Below the pieces are notes generated by a model, which made no database searches, had not been told where the DNA came from, and saw only the letters and a list, made by a program, of their open reading frames with translations. The translations under genes and the position numbers were made by a program. From assembly GCA_027310185.1 (NCBI GenBank), contig DAIDBH010000017.1:64001-128000 (forward strand): a DNA stretch of 64,000 nt. Reading direction: 5' to 3'. Positions within the stretch are counted from its first letter, which is position 1, and each line of letters opens with the position of its first letter. Positions 1 through 10,324 of the stretch are shown one piece after another. Source of the stretch: Thermoplasmatales archaeon (lineage in GTDB: Archaea; Thermoplasmatota; Thermoplasmata; Thermoplasmatales; Thermoplasmataceae).

Positions 1-675
1 AAAAATAATGATATAGACCAGAAAGGGGACTATATGGTGAAAATAACTTCACCGGAGGAAAGAAAAGCTAATGCGGACCAATATCACAGGATTCACATGA
101 AAGAAAAATTCAGGTACATGAGAACTTCTGATGAATTCAAGACTCTGTTAAACGCATTATGGTTTAAGAGGAAAGGTTTCCAGATGGAACTTCTTGAAAT
201 TAGAGATCAGAATAAAACCCTACAGGCATACGCTGTTGTGTTCAAGAAGATAGGTGAAATGGAGGCAAAGGTAATGGAGTATGCAGGTTCAAGAAAAGCC
301 ATAGCATCCTGCCTGCTTGATATACTCACTGAAATAAAATGTGACAGAATTAGGTTCAGGATAAATGATGATGATTTTGATCTTATGGAACAAATGTCCA
401 GATTAGATGTAAAATTGGTTCATGAAAATGTTCAAGGAACATTAAAAGTACTTGATTCACAATCCATATTCAGAAAACTCAGACCGCTAATAATAGAAAA
501 GTTAGGGGAAGATTTTGTTTTTAAAGAGATAAAAAATGATACATGGTCATTCATGTCTGTTTCTTTTGTCAAGGAGATTATGGGATATGGCCAGTTGACC
601 CACTTCATATTTGATAAGATCGACGGGGCTCTAGGTCTTTCACTTATGTTTACCGATGACCTGAATTATATATAA
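1..675 (+). CDS. GNAT/Eis-like acetyltransferase, C-terminal part (5' truncated by window)
   Basis: The frame is open from base 1. Segments YAVV...KVMEYAGSR and a C-terminal DDLNYI resemble tandem-GNAT (Eis-like) proteins. Confidence 0.5.
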   Translation, partial: KNNDIDQKGDYMVKITSPEERKANADQYHRIHMKEKFRYMRTSDEFKTLLNALWFKRKGFQMELLEIRDQNKTLQAYAVVFKKIGEMEAKVMEYAGSRKAIASCLLDILTEIKCDRIRFRINDDDFDLMEQMSRLDVKLVHENVQGTLKVLDSQSIFRKLRPLIIEKLGEDFVFKEIKNDTWSFMSVSFVKEIMGYGQLTHFIFDKIDGALGLSLMFTDDLNYI

Positions 676-776
676 AGTATAGACTGGATTCCATCCAATA
701 CAGGATCATTACTTTTCTTACCCTTATCAATGCAATGATTCCTGTATATAAATGAAAAAATAGTGTAAATAATTTT

Positions 777-1790
777 TTACTCAGAAATTCTGCCTGCTCT
801 CTGCTGGTCCTCGGCGCGCTGATCGTAGGGATAGGTTACTTCCAGTTCACTTGCCCTGTTTATCCTTTCAATATCAGCTTTTGACAGCTCCCATCCGGTT
901 CCACCTAGGTTATCCTTCAGCTGTTCGAGGTTTCTTGCACCTATTATGGGTGAAGTAACTGCAGGGTTTCTGAGCAGCCAGTTAATGGAGACCTGTGCCA
1001 TGCTCTTATGATTCTTTTCAGATATCTTTTCAAGTGTATTGATTATGTTCTTTGCCCTTCTGGTTTCGAACTGCCTGTAAAATTCTGCATTGTTTGAGTC
1101 TCCTATTCTTGTTCCCTTTGACGCTTCTTCGATTCCGCCCTTATACTTTCCAGTCAGGAAACCTCCTGCCAGTGGACTCCATGGCATTACAGCAATATTC
1201 TCTTCTCTGGCCATAGGCAATAACTCAAACTCAGTGGCTCTAACAAAGATGTTGTAATGCGGCTGAAGGCTTACCGGTTCGTTCCAACCCTTTGATCTGC
1301 ATAACTGTAGTGCCTTCTCGAACTGCCAGGCCCTGAAATTGCTAATTCCGATATATCTTACATATCCATCTTCAACCATCCTGTTGAGTGTTCCAAATGT
1401 TTCTTCCAATGGAGTGAGGGCGTCCCATGTGTGTAACTGTAAAAGATCTATATAGTCTGTGTTCAATCTTTCCATGCTCTCCCTGACTGAGTGTAGGAGA
1501 TGTTTTCTTGATAATCCAACACCGTTAGCATGGTCACTCATCCTGAACCTGGCCTTCGTTGCAATGACAAGTGATTCCCTATCCTGCCTCTTGAGCCATT
1601 CACCTATGATTGTTTCTGATTTTCCGTGTGAGTATACATTTGCAGTATCGATAAAGTTCCCTCCATTTTCTGTGAAGTGATCTAAGATTTCATGACTCTG
1701 TGCCTCGTTTGCCTGCCATCCAAAAGTCATTGTACCAAGGCATAGATCACTAACTAGCATCCCAGTGTTTCCAAATTTCTTCATTTCCAT
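777..1790 (-). CDS. Aldo/keto reductase
   Basis: LCLGTMTFG, FIDTANVY, IATK, YIDLLQLH, IGISNF, PWSPLAGG and PIIGAR motifs. Confidence 0.95.
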   Translation of the reverse strand: MEMKKFGNTGMLVSDLCLGTMTFGWQANEAQSHEILDHFTENGGNFIDTANVYSHGKSETIIGEWLKRQDRESLVIATKARFRMSDHANGVGLSRKHLLHSVRESMERLNTDYIDLLQLHTWDALTPLEETFGTLNRMVEDGYVRYIGISNFRAWQFEKALQLCRSKGWNEPVSLQPHYNIFVRATEFELLPMAREENIAVMPWSPLAGGFLTGKYKGGIEEASKGTRIGDSNNAEFYRQFETRRAKNIINTLEKISEKNHKSMAQVSINWLLRNPAVTSPIIGARNLEQLKDNLGGTGWELSKADIERINRASELEVTYPYDQRAEDQQRAGRISE

Positions 1791-2123
1791 AATGTAATGT
1801 ATAAGGTCTCTAACTTAAAAATATTTACCAGCGACTTTTGATCTTTTATAAAGACATTAGGTGGATCTGTTAAATAAGCTGATTATAAAAGTGGTTTGAT
1901 CTTTCATCTAAGCTCATGGATGAACCTAAATTTCATTTGCTGAGTGGATTCGTTGAGCGTCTTATATATTCACCAATACATGGAGTGTATACAAGACAGA
2001 GAATTAAATTTTCAACAGCATTAAATGAAATTTATATTTGGGAAATGGGGATTTTCAATTCTGATAATTAGATAACTTGATCTATGGAGTTAAAGCTCAT
2101 TCATGAAAAATAATTAAACCACA

Positions 2124-2966
2124 ATGAGCATATACCCCTTAATGAAATTAATTGAGAATTGGTTTTCAGAAAGATATTCAGATAACCTCCAGCTATCTTT
2201 CAGGGTGAGTGATCAGTTGCTATCAGTAAAAACTGATTTCCAGAGAATTGATGTTTTTGAGACATATGATTTTGGAAAGCTCCTATCCATAGATGGTACT
2301 GTACAGCTTACTGAAAAAGATGAGTTTGTGTACCACGACATGATAACAAGGATGCCATTTTACTATGCTGACGGAATCCCTGAAAAGGCACTGATAATTG
2401 GTGGAGGCGATGGAGGAGCTGCTGGGGAATTACTGAAGCTTGGACTGAAATCCATTGTCAATGTTGAGATAGATGGTCAGGTAGTCGAGGTATGCAGAAA
2501 GCACTTTCCCTCCCTGACTGCTTCATTCAATGATCCTAGGGTCAAGCTCATTGTGGATGATGGAATAAAATATGTCAGGAACACGAAAGAAAAATTCGAT
2601 ATTATAATTGTGGATTCAACTGATCCAGTAGGACCTGCAGAAGACCTTTTTAACGAGGAGTTCTATTCAAATGCTTCCAGGATACTGACCGATGGTGGCG
2701 TAGTTGTTACACAATCAGGATCACCATTCTACCAGCCTAAAGCCATCGAGCTGGCCAATAAAGGAATGAAAAAGTCATTTCCACATGTTGCAAGCTATGT
2801 TGCATTCATTCCAACATATCCAAGTGGTTTCTGGAGTTTCACAATGGCAAAGAAAAGCCAGATCAAGCTCAGAACAGAAAATGTGGAGAAGGGAAAATAC
2901 TTCAACCTGGAAATAGCAAAATCAAGTTTTGCACTGCCTGAGTTTGCAAAAAAACTCACGCTTTGA
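2124..2966 (+). CDS. speE: Polyamine aminopropyltransferase (spermidine synthase)
   Basis: [23 protein letters not shown] and PTYPSGFW motifs. Alternative start at 2142. Confidence 0.95.
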   Translation: MSIYPLMKLIENWFSERYSDNLQLSFRVSDQLLSVKTDFQRIDVFETYDFGKLLSIDGTVQLTEKDEFVYHDMITRMPFYYADGIPEKALIIGGGDGGAAGELLKLGLKSIVNVEIDGQVVEVCRKHFPSLTASFNDPRVKLIVDDGIKYVRNTKEKFDIIIVDSTDPVGPAEDLFNEEFYSNASRILTDGGVVVTQSGSPFYQPKAIELANKGMKKSFPHVASYVAFIPTYPSGFWSFTMAKKSQIKLRTENVEKGKYFNLEIAKSSFALPEFAKKLTL

Positions 2967-3333
2967 TCTTCCAGAAACTCTTCTTGTTCTGGAGCATTTG
3001 CTGATAGAGGCTTCCATGCTCCCTTGCAATTTTTTCAAGTTTTTTCATGTTTTTCATGAAGTGGGATTTGCTATCTGAATTGATATTCTTCATGAAGAAC
3101 CTGTCGTCCTCAATCCACTTATAGACGTAATAGATGAAAACTCCGCTTACAAATAGTGATACTATGAATATCCAGTCGTTCCAGTTTCCAATGGTATTCA
3201 ATCCAAATGAATATGTATTTACTGCGCCATTATGGAAGAATATGTAGTTAGTTGAAAATATCAGAAATATTAATCCGACTACAGCCATTACAAGATAGAA
3301 ATAGAGTGAAAATTCTCTTAATTTTGATGCCAT
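2956..3333 (-). CDS. Small two-TM membrane protein (DUF3198-like)
   Basis: Two hydrophobic helices and a SKSHFMKN...LEKIAR tail. Co-oriented with kae1-rdgB. Confidence 0.6.
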   Translation of the reverse strand: MASKLREFSLYFYLVMAVVGLIFLIFSTNYIFFHNGAVNTYSFGLNTIGNWNDWIFIVSLFVSGVFIYYVYKWIEDDRFFMKNINSDSKSHFMKNMKKLEKIAREHGSLYQQMLQNKKSFWKIKA

Positions 3334-3365
3334 CAGTCATCACATATATATTTTAAATTATAAAC

Positions 3366-3917
3366 TTAGTCCTCTATTCCAAGATACCGGATGAAGCTCT
3401 TTAAGGCATTTATCCTGTGGGAATGCTGATTCTTTTCCTCGATGCTCATTTCTGCCAGTGTTTTTTCACAGTTTTCCGGTATGAATATGGGATCAAAGCC
3501 AAACCCCGTTTTTCCCTTTTCCTCTTCTGCTATTTTACCATGCTCTTTTCCCTGAAATGTGAGGATCTTTTCTCCATCAAAGTAGGATATTACAGTAAGG
3601 AAATATGCTGACCTTTCCTTATTCCTAAGTAAGTCCAGAATTCCCAAGTTTCCTATTGTTCTGGAAACGTAAGATGAGTATGGGCCAGGGAAGCCATTCA
3701 GTGAATTGATATACAATCCCGTATCTTCCAGGAAGAATTTCTCTTCTATTTCCCTTGATAGCTTCATTGCGCTGTCCCTTGAGATTTCTTCAGTTGTGTC
3801 CCCCTGTATTTCCTCATATTTCATCTTTACCCACTGGCATTCTATTCCCCTATTTCCAAGGAATGACGATATTTCATTGAACTTATGCATATTGCTGGTC
3901 AAGAATTTTAAAATCAA
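3366..3917 (-). CDS. rdgB: Non-canonical purine NTP pyrophosphatase (RdgB/HAM1)
   Basis: TSNMHK, EDTGL, GFPGPY, FGFDPIF and SHR motifs. Confidence 0.95.
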   Translation of the reverse strand: MILKFLTSNMHKFNEISSFLGNRGIECQWVKMKYEEIQGDTTEEISRDSAMKLSREIEEKFFLEDTGLYINSLNGFPGPYSSYVSRTIGNLGILDLLRNKERSAYFLTVISYFDGEKILTFQGKEHGKIAEEEKGKTGFGFDPIFIPENCEKTLAEMSIEEKNQHSHRINALKSFIRYLGIED

Positions 3918-5494
3918 ACATATCTCCTCCTTTTCTCTATATCATGCAGTACATTGACTACCTCATTGCATCTTTCACTATTTTCCCTGTATATTCTCTC
4001 AAACTTCTCATATGCGTCATTTCCGTAAATTGAGATCATGCTCTCCTTCAGGAGTCTGATATCATATGCCATGTCAGTAAGCGTTTTAGATACCTTTCCC
4101 ATGCTGGGATCAATCAGATATATATTGCCTTCATTTAAGATCATATTGTTAAGTGTCAGATCGCCATGAATGATATCCACTTCATGCAGTCTTGAAACAC
4201 ATTTCGCTATCTCATCCAGGATTTCCACATCTACTTTCCCGATGTTTGATGCCTGAATTCCTGGTATTTCTTCCATTTCAAAGCTCATTCTATCTTCATT
4301 GATTGAAAATACCGAAGGCACATTTAAACCAGCTTCCATCATCCTGTGGAGCATCACTATTTCATTCCTCATTCTCTTATTTCTCAACCTGAGATCAAGC
4401 TCCCTGTTCCTGTATGACTTAATGATTCTTTCTTTCACGATTGAATCGTATTCGTGAAATCTTCCTTCACTTATTATCGACTCGGCCCCTTTCTTGCTGT
4501 ATATTATATTATTCTCTGATACCCACGGAGTGTCAACTTCATCTATGCGATACATCTGATCTATTCCAGTATCTTCTATTTTCTGACCACCGTAATTAAG
4601 GTATGTGAGAATAGCAGCCTGCCCGATCATTGCACCATTATCCATGCAGTATTTCTCTGGCGTTTCAAAAACCCTCACACCGAGATCTTCTGCCATCCTC
4701 GATATCATTTCCTTCAGCCTGTTATTCCGGGCTACTCCTCCAGCCAGAAGTATTTCGCTCTTTCCAGATGTGTACAGTGCCCTCTCAAGTGTTTCAACAA
4801 GCATGGAGAATGATATTTCCTGAATGCTGTATGAAACGTCGCTCTCACTTTCCCCTTTTTGAAGTAAATTTTTCGCGGCTGTGTATATTCCAGAAAATGA
4901 ACAGTCCATTCCGCTAACTGAATATGGAAGATCGAGCAAATTTGAACCCTGGATAGCAAGCCTTTCTATTTCAGGTCCACCTGGAAACGGAAATCCCATA
5001 TCCCTTGCAATTTTATCCAGCATATTTCCAATCCCAATATCAAGTGTCTCTCCAAAGACCCTGTATCTGCCGTTCTTGTGGGCTATTATCTGTGTATTTC
5101 CCCCTGAAACGTATAACATGACTGGATCATTGGCGCCTGTTTCCCTCCTCCCAATCTCAATATGCCCGAGGGGATGGTTTACTCCCACAATCGGTATATC
5201 AAGCTTGAGTGCCATTGCTCTTGCAGCCACCGCCGTGATTTTCAAAGATGGTGGAAGTCCTGGACCTCTCGAAAATCCAATCATTTCTATGTTTGATTCC
5301 CTGAATCCGGATTCCTGTATTGCCTTATGTATAACATTAACAACATTTTCAAAGTGAAAATTTGCAGCCTCCCTGGGATTTATTCCACCCTTTACCGGCT
5401 TATAGGTTCTTGATACCATGGAATATATGTGTTTTTCATCCAGTACTGATGCGCTTGTTGTATGAGCAGTGCCTTCGAGGCCGAGGGTAAGCAT
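3914..5494 (-). CDS. kae1: Bifunctional Kae1 (t6A threonylcarbamoyltransferase)-Bud32 kinase fusion
   Basis: LGLEGTAHT, HPLGH, YVSGGNTQ, GETLD and DNGAMI motifs, then a C-terminal kinase with KGAES and HGDLT. Confidence 0.95.
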   Translation of the reverse strand: MLTLGLEGTAHTTSASVLDEKHIYSMVSRTYKPVKGGINPREAANFHFENVVNVIHKAIQESGFRESNIEMIGFSRGPGLPPSLKITAVAARAMALKLDIPIVGVNHPLGHIEIGRRETGANDPVMLYVSGGNTQIIAHKNGRYRVFGETLDIGIGNMLDKIARDMGFPFPGGPEIERLAIQGSNLLDLPYSVSGMDCSFSGIYTAAKNLLQKGESESDVSYSIQEISFSMLVETLERALYTSGKSEILLAGGVARNNRLKEMISRMAEDLGVRVFETPEKYCMDNGAMIGQAAILTYLNYGGQKIEDTGIDQMYRIDEVDTPWVSENNIIYSKKGAESIISEGRFHEYDSIVKERIIKSYRNRELDLRLRNKRMRNEIVMLHRMMEAGLNVPSVFSINEDRMSFEMEEIPGIQASNIGKVDVEILDEIAKCVSRLHEVDIIHGDLTLNNMILNEGNIYLIDPSMGKVSKTLTDMAYDIRLLKESMISIYGNDAYEKFERIYRENSERCNEVVNVLHDIEKRRRYV

Positions 5495-5528
5495 TTATTG
5501 TGTATGCCTGATCTTTATATAATTATGA

Positions 5529-6746
5529 TCAGGCCTTATTGTATGTGAAAAGGGCATATATCGTAGCAATGAACAGTATTCCAGCTCCAATTGATCCAAA
5601 GGCAAGCGTTTTAAGTCTGTCCTTCAGTGTTCTGGTTGCTGCAGAGCTGGCAAAAACAAGGGATGCCACAGCTGAGGATGTTGTGCTTAACCTGTATAAT
5701 ACGCCAATAGTAGTTATATGGCCATGGAAATGGAATCCAATCATGCTGAATATGGCTGGTATGAATCCCCTGAAATAGAACACTTCAAGGAAAATGATTC
5801 CTTTCAATAGAATAACCGCAAGAAATACGACTGGAAGAGTATAGGTAAATACCTGCTCAATCCTGTAGAATTTATTTGCCCTCTTCAGCGAGCCATTTCT
5901 CAGGCTCTTGAAGAATGTTCTCCATCCAGTTCTTGACCATCTTATATTCTGCTTCATGTAACTTTTTATATTGTCCTTAGGAATGGTCGTTACCCTTGCT
6001 TCAAAGGATTTTGTCGCAATGTATCCCTTGCCTATTATGTATGATGTAAGGTCTGCATCATCTCCCCCACCGTAATATGGAATTTTCCCTTCAATCTTGA
6101 AGTCGTAGAATGCTGGTGATGTAATGTATTTTCCAACAACATCCATCCTGTATGAACCAAAACCCCCATCTATTAGCATTACACTCCCGAAATGCTTCAT
6201 TGATCTCTGGATGATTTCCTTTGATCTCTCAATGAACTGTGAGGCATATGATGTGAACCTGCCATCCATAGTGTCAAATATTATATTTCCACCAACTCCT
6301 CCAACTTTTGGTGAATATTCATCCAGTATATTCTTAATGGCGTCTGTTTCAGGGATCATGTCCCCATCCATGAACACTACGATTTTTGTCTTAACTCTGG
6401 AAACCCCAAGGGCCATAGCCCTTCTCTTCCCGGAATGAACACCAGTGGTTAGAAAAGTGACACCTTCATCCTTGCACAGCGATAGGTATGGTTCCTCGAC
6501 TCCATCCCCCACTACTAGTATTTCCTTGACCTGATCCCTCACTGCTGCTATTGCCCTCTTCAGGTGATCCACCGATTCGTTGAATACTGTGATGACCAGT
6601 GTGGCATCCTGTGAAGTCAATCCATCTGATTTTACATGGGGTGAATTTTTCCTTCTTGAAAGATATGAATTTAAAAGGTAGTATGTTACTGAAAGTACGG
6701 ATGAAACCGCCGTTATGGTAATAAAAAGGAGGAATTCTATTCGCAT
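5529..6746 (-). CDS. Processive GT2 glycosyltransferase (hyaluronan/NodC synthase-like)
   Basis: GKRRA, DGD, GDDADLT and QNIRW (QxxRW) motifs, with N- and C-terminal TM helices. Confidence 0.85.
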   Translation of the reverse strand: MRIEFLLFITITAVSSVLSVTYYLLNSYLSRRKNSPHVKSDGLTSQDATLVITVFNESVDHLKRAIAAVRDQVKEILVVGDGVEEPYLSLCKDEGVTFLTTGVHSGKRRAMALGVSRVKTKIVVFMDGDMIPETDAIKNILDEYSPKVGGVGGNIIFDTMDGRFTSYASQFIERSKEIIQRSMKHFGSVMLIDGGFGSYRMDVVGKYITSPAFYDFKIEGKIPYYGGGDDADLTSYIIGKGYIATKSFEARVTTIPKDNIKSYMKQNIRWSRTGWRTFFKSLRNGSLKRANKFYRIEQVFTYTLPVVFLAVILLKGIIFLEVFYFRGFIPAIFSMIGFHFHGHITTIGVLYRLSTTSSAVASLVFASSAATRTLKDRLKTLAFGSIGAGILFIATIYALFTYNKA

Positions 6747-6835
6747 TTAATACCATGCTGTATCACTAGGCAATACTAATAAGTTAGTGGTACTAGTATT
6801 TAGTACATATAGTCCCTGAGTCTTGTTATTGAAGG

Positions 6836-7741
6836 TTAGTTGAAAACCGGTTCCTTCTCCCTTACGAATGTCCCATTTCTAAGGTCCCTCATAGCTTCGT
6901 TCAATTGCTCCCGTGTATTCATGACTACCGGGCCATACCATTCTATATGCTCATTGGTAGGATTCCCTGCAATAAACATTATGTCGCTTTCCTTTTCCCT
7001 GCCCTTAATTTCTATGAACTCACCGGCCCTTGAAAATATGAAGGCTTTCCTTTCAGTCATCTCTGTTTCACCGTTTATTCTTACATTTCCGGAAAAGTTG
7101 AACATTATGGCTCTCTTGCCTTCCAATTCGCTCAATTCTATGGTGTCTCCTTCCTTTATCCTAATATGATAATAGTCAAGACCAAGGTCATATGCAGATT
7201 TGTATGGTCCAGCGGCATCTCCAAAATCTCCAGCGAATACTCTCACAACTGAACCTGCATCAGTTTTGTACTCTGGGATATCCAATGCTTTGTAATAGGC
7301 ATATTCCGGAGTCTTCATCTTTCTTTCTGCAGGGGTATTAACCCATAATTGTAATCCGAGAACTGTCGTGTCTAATTTTTTATCATCGCTGCCTCTCATG
7401 CTTAAGAATGTTGGCATCTCCTGATGGAAGATGCCACTTCCAGCACTCATGTCCTGTACATCACCAGGAAAAATAGTTCCCTTGTTTCCATTGCTATCTT
7501 CATGATCAGTTTTTCCCTTGATCTGGTATGTTATTGTTTCGATGCCTCTGTGAGGATGCCATGGAAATCCCTTCTCATACTCTGATGGTTCTGATGATCC
7601 GAAATAATCGAGCAGAAGAAAAGGATCGGTATATTCAAATGTAGAAGGACCACCAAAAACTCTCAGAAGCCTTACGCCTGCCCCATCTATTGTGTAGTGA
7701 CCACTCATTTCAGCTTCTATTGATTTACTTTTGATACCCAT
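6836..7741 (-). CDS. Pirin family protein
   Basis: DPFLLLD, GFPWHPHRGIETIT, AGSGIFHQE, QLWVN and GPVVMNT motifs. Confidence 0.95.
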   Translation of the reverse strand: MGIKSKSIEAEMSGHYTIDGAGVRLLRVFGGPSTFEYTDPFLLLDYFGSSEPSEYEKGFPWHPHRGIETITYQIKGKTDHEDSNGNKGTIFPGDVQDMSAGSGIFHQEMPTFLSMRGSDDKKLDTTVLGLQLWVNTPAERKMKTPEYAYYKALDIPEYKTDAGSVVRVFAGDFGDAAGPYKSAYDLGLDYYHIRIKEGDTIELSELEGKRAIMFNFSGNVRINGETEMTERKAFIFSRAGEFIEIKGREKESDIMFIAGNPTNEHIEWYGPVVMNTREQLNEAMRDLRNGTFVREKEPVFN

Positions 7742-7818
7742 ATATATGAAATTGAAGAAGTCGAATAAACATTTTCATTTTGTTTTACTTATGTTACCTG
7801 ATTTACCTTTATTGACAA

Positions 7819-8490
7819 TTATCTCGCATTCTTCCTGAATAACGTTTCCATGATCTTCTTTTCAGCGTTCCTTATGTGATACAGGGTTGTTACCTTTGAT
7901 GCACCGTTTCCGATTGAAATCTCTTCTAGACCATTTTTTCTTGGCCATTCATAATATCCAGAATTGATCGCAACCTTCAGAGTCTCAATTTCCCTGTCAG
8001 TCAGGCCGTATAGAGATGGTGATGCATTATGCAGGAGATTTCCAGAGATTATATCTGAAACAGATACCTTATCAATTATCTGCCTCTCCACAAGATTTTC
8101 TCTTCCTACCTTATCCACTATATTTTCAAGATCAGACCTGAATCTGGATACGAGCCTGAAATTCTCTATCCCATTCCTGGCAATAATGGGAAAAAGCATG
8201 AAGACGTCCTGGTTCATCACTGCCTTAAGCATTCCATGTCCTATTTTATATGAATCCACAAACATGTTACCCTTGAATATTGTTGTTTCATAACTCCTGA
8301 AATCACCCTTTAATATGGATAATACCTGATCACTTTCTCTTCTGGCCGCTGTCAGGATAACGTGATTGAGGTTTCCCTTTATGATTCTTGCATTCTGGAT
8401 CAGTATTGAGTCTGGACTGTATTCACTTGCAGTAGCTATACTGCATTTCCCTCCAACCCCAAGTTCCAAGTAATACAATTCATAATGCAT
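7819..8490 (-). CDS. Bat/HTH_10-type transcriptional regulator
   Basis: C-terminal LTDREIETLKVAINSGYYEWPRK...HIRNAEKKI. The ATG at 8490 avoids overlap with the divergent gene. Confidence 0.85.
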   Translation of the reverse strand: MHYELYYLELGVGGKCSIATASEYSPDSILIQNARIIKGNLNHVILTAARRESDQVLSILKGDFRSYETTIFKGNMFVDSYKIGHGMLKAVMNQDVFMLFPIIARNGIENFRLVSRFRSDLENIVDKVGRENLVERQIIDKVSVSDIISGNLLHNASPSLYGLTDREIETLKVAINSGYYEWPRKNGLEEISIGNGASKVTTLYHIRNAEKKIMETLFRKNAR

Positions 8491-8544
8491 GAACTGAATA
8501 AACTTAAATCTTTTGAAGGTGTACATTGGATATTAATAGTAGGA

Positions 8545-9783
8545 ATGCATTTTTTGGCTGTGAGAACCTCAAAAACTGCTGCAGAGAAAATATTTTCGGA
8601 AAAGTCAGGTACAGATGCAAGTACCGGAGATTATGTCTGGGCAGTTCCAGATCTGGTTTACATGCACGATGTTCTGGGTCCCTCCTCAGTTCAGGCACTC
8701 AGGAATATTTCTGGTGGCAAGACAAATTATAAGGGAAAGGTAGTTGTTGTGAATGATCATATATTCCCTCCTAAGGATATTGAAAGTGCCCATAACATAA
8801 GAATGATGAATGAAAATGCAGAAATTGAAAAGTGGGAAATTATCCCATTTGGAGATGGTATAGAACATACATTACTGATCGAAAATGGAACAATAAAACC
8901 AGGAATGCTTGTGGTGGGAACTGATTCCCATACCGTTACTGCTGGTGCGGCTGGTGCTATGGGAGTGGGTCTTGGTTCTACCGATATTGGATCACTGCTG
9001 GCAATGGGAAAACAGTGGTTCAGGGTGCCTAAAACCATCCTGTTCAATATAGAAGGGAGCAGGGGAAGGTACATTACTGGAAAAGACCTTATTTTAATGA
9101 TTCTGAAAGACATCGGAGTGAATGGTGCCAATTATGCTGCCATGGAATTTCACCTTCATAAAAATTCGTCGTTTAACATGGATGATGATCTATCAATTGC
9201 AAATATGACAGTTGAGGCAGGGGCAAAGACATGCATCATAAAGAATTCCGGGCTACCGGAAAGCAATGAATTTCCAGAAAGCGATAAAGAGGCTGATTAC
9301 ATTGAAAAGAATTATGATATTTCTGAATTGGAACCTCAGATTTCTATGCCATATTCACCAGGAAATGTAACAGTTGCAAGCGAGCTAGAAGGTACAGAAG
9401 TGAATCAGGTATACATCGGGAACTGCTCCAATGGAACGATAAGTGACCTTAGAGAGGCTGCTTCAGTGCTGAGGGGAAAACACGTAAAAAAAGGCGTGAA
9501 GATGATAATTATCCCGGCTACAAGGAAGATATTCCAACAGGCAATTAGAGAGGGTTTAATTGATATATTCATAGAATCTGGTGCAACAGTCGGGCCGTCT
9601 ACATGTGGAGCATGCGCTGGCCTGCATATGGGAGTACTGGCGGAAAATGAAGTGTGCATAACAAACATAAACAGGAATTTCATGGGAAGAATGGGACATC
9701 CGTCCAGCAAGGTATATCTTGCAAACTCATATGTTGCAGCTGAGAGTGCAGTGGAAGGTTTTATACATGTGCCAGGTGAATAG
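8545..9783 (+). CDS. LeuC/HacA/DmdA-family aconitase-type hydratase large subunit
   Basis: HD, DH, GIEH, GTDSHT, IGNCSNG, CGACAG and NRNFMGRMG motifs. Start at 8545 (ATG) or 8560 (GTG). Confidence 0.9.
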   Translation: MHFLAVRTSKTAAEKIFSEKSGTDASTGDYVWAVPDLVYMHDVLGPSSVQALRNISGGKTNYKGKVVVVNDHIFPPKDIESAHNIRMMNENAEIEKWEIIPFGDGIEHTLLIENGTIKPGMLVVGTDSHTVTAGAAGAMGVGLGSTDIGSLLAMGKQWFRVPKTILFNIEGSRGRYITGKDLILMILKDIGVNGANYAAMEFHLHKNSSFNMDDDLSIANMTVEAGAKTCIIKNSGLPESNEFPESDKEADYIEKNYDISELEPQISMPYSPGNVTVASELEGTEVNQVYIGNCSNGTISDLREAASVLRGKHVKKGVKMIIIPATRKIFQQAIREGLIDIFIESGATVGPSTCGACAGLHMGVLAENEVCITNINRNFMGRMGHPSSKVYLANSYVAAESAVEGFIHVPGE

Positions 9784-10255
9784 ATTGGTATCTGTTTTTC
9801 TGTTGGGAGACAACATTGATACTGACAATATTGCACCTGGTGGTTATCTGCACCTGCCCATTGAGAAGCAGGTTGAGCACTGCCTTGAATCAGTGATAAA
9901 TAACTTCTCTGGTAAAGTTACAGGGGGAGATATAATAATTGCTGGTGAAAATTTCGGTACTGGATCCTCAAGGGAGCAGGCACCGGTTCTGTTAAGGACT
10001 ATTGGAATCAGGGCAGTGTTTGCAAGAAGTTTTTCAAGATTGTTCTTCAGGAACTCTATCAATGTTGGATTGTATCCAGGAATATATAACGGCCATGTTC
10101 CATTTTCAAATATGGAAAATGTAGAGATTGATTTTGAGCATTGCAAGATAGAAAGCAAAAATGGAATTATTCTATTCGAGCCGCCTACAGGAATTCTGAA
10201 GGAGATACTTGACTCTGGAGGAATGGTTAATTACGCGAGAAAAATGATAGAATGA
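9776..10255 (+). CDS. LeuD/HacB/DmdB-family hydratase small subunit
   Basis: GDNIDTDNIAP, NFGTGSSREQA and SFSRLFFRNSINVG motifs. Overlaps the large-subunit stop. Confidence 0.9.
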   Translation: MNRLVSVFLLGDNIDTDNIAPGGYLHLPIEKQVEHCLESVINNFSGKVTGGDIIIAGENFGTGSSREQAPVLLRTIGIRAVFARSFSRLFFRNSINVGLYPGIYNGHVPFSNMENVEIDFEHCKIESKNGIILFEPPTGILKEILDSGGMVNYARKMIE

Positions 10256-10324
10256 AGGGCTGGCAGGTTTTGAAGTTATGCCTGCATTTAAGAATGGAAC
10301 GAAATAATTAAGATTATACTTTTA

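Noticed and set aside
1791-2123. Intergenic imperfect repeat AAGCTCAT..ATGAA and a possible C/D sRNA
   Set aside because: Only two imperfect copies and no convincing C/D box set.
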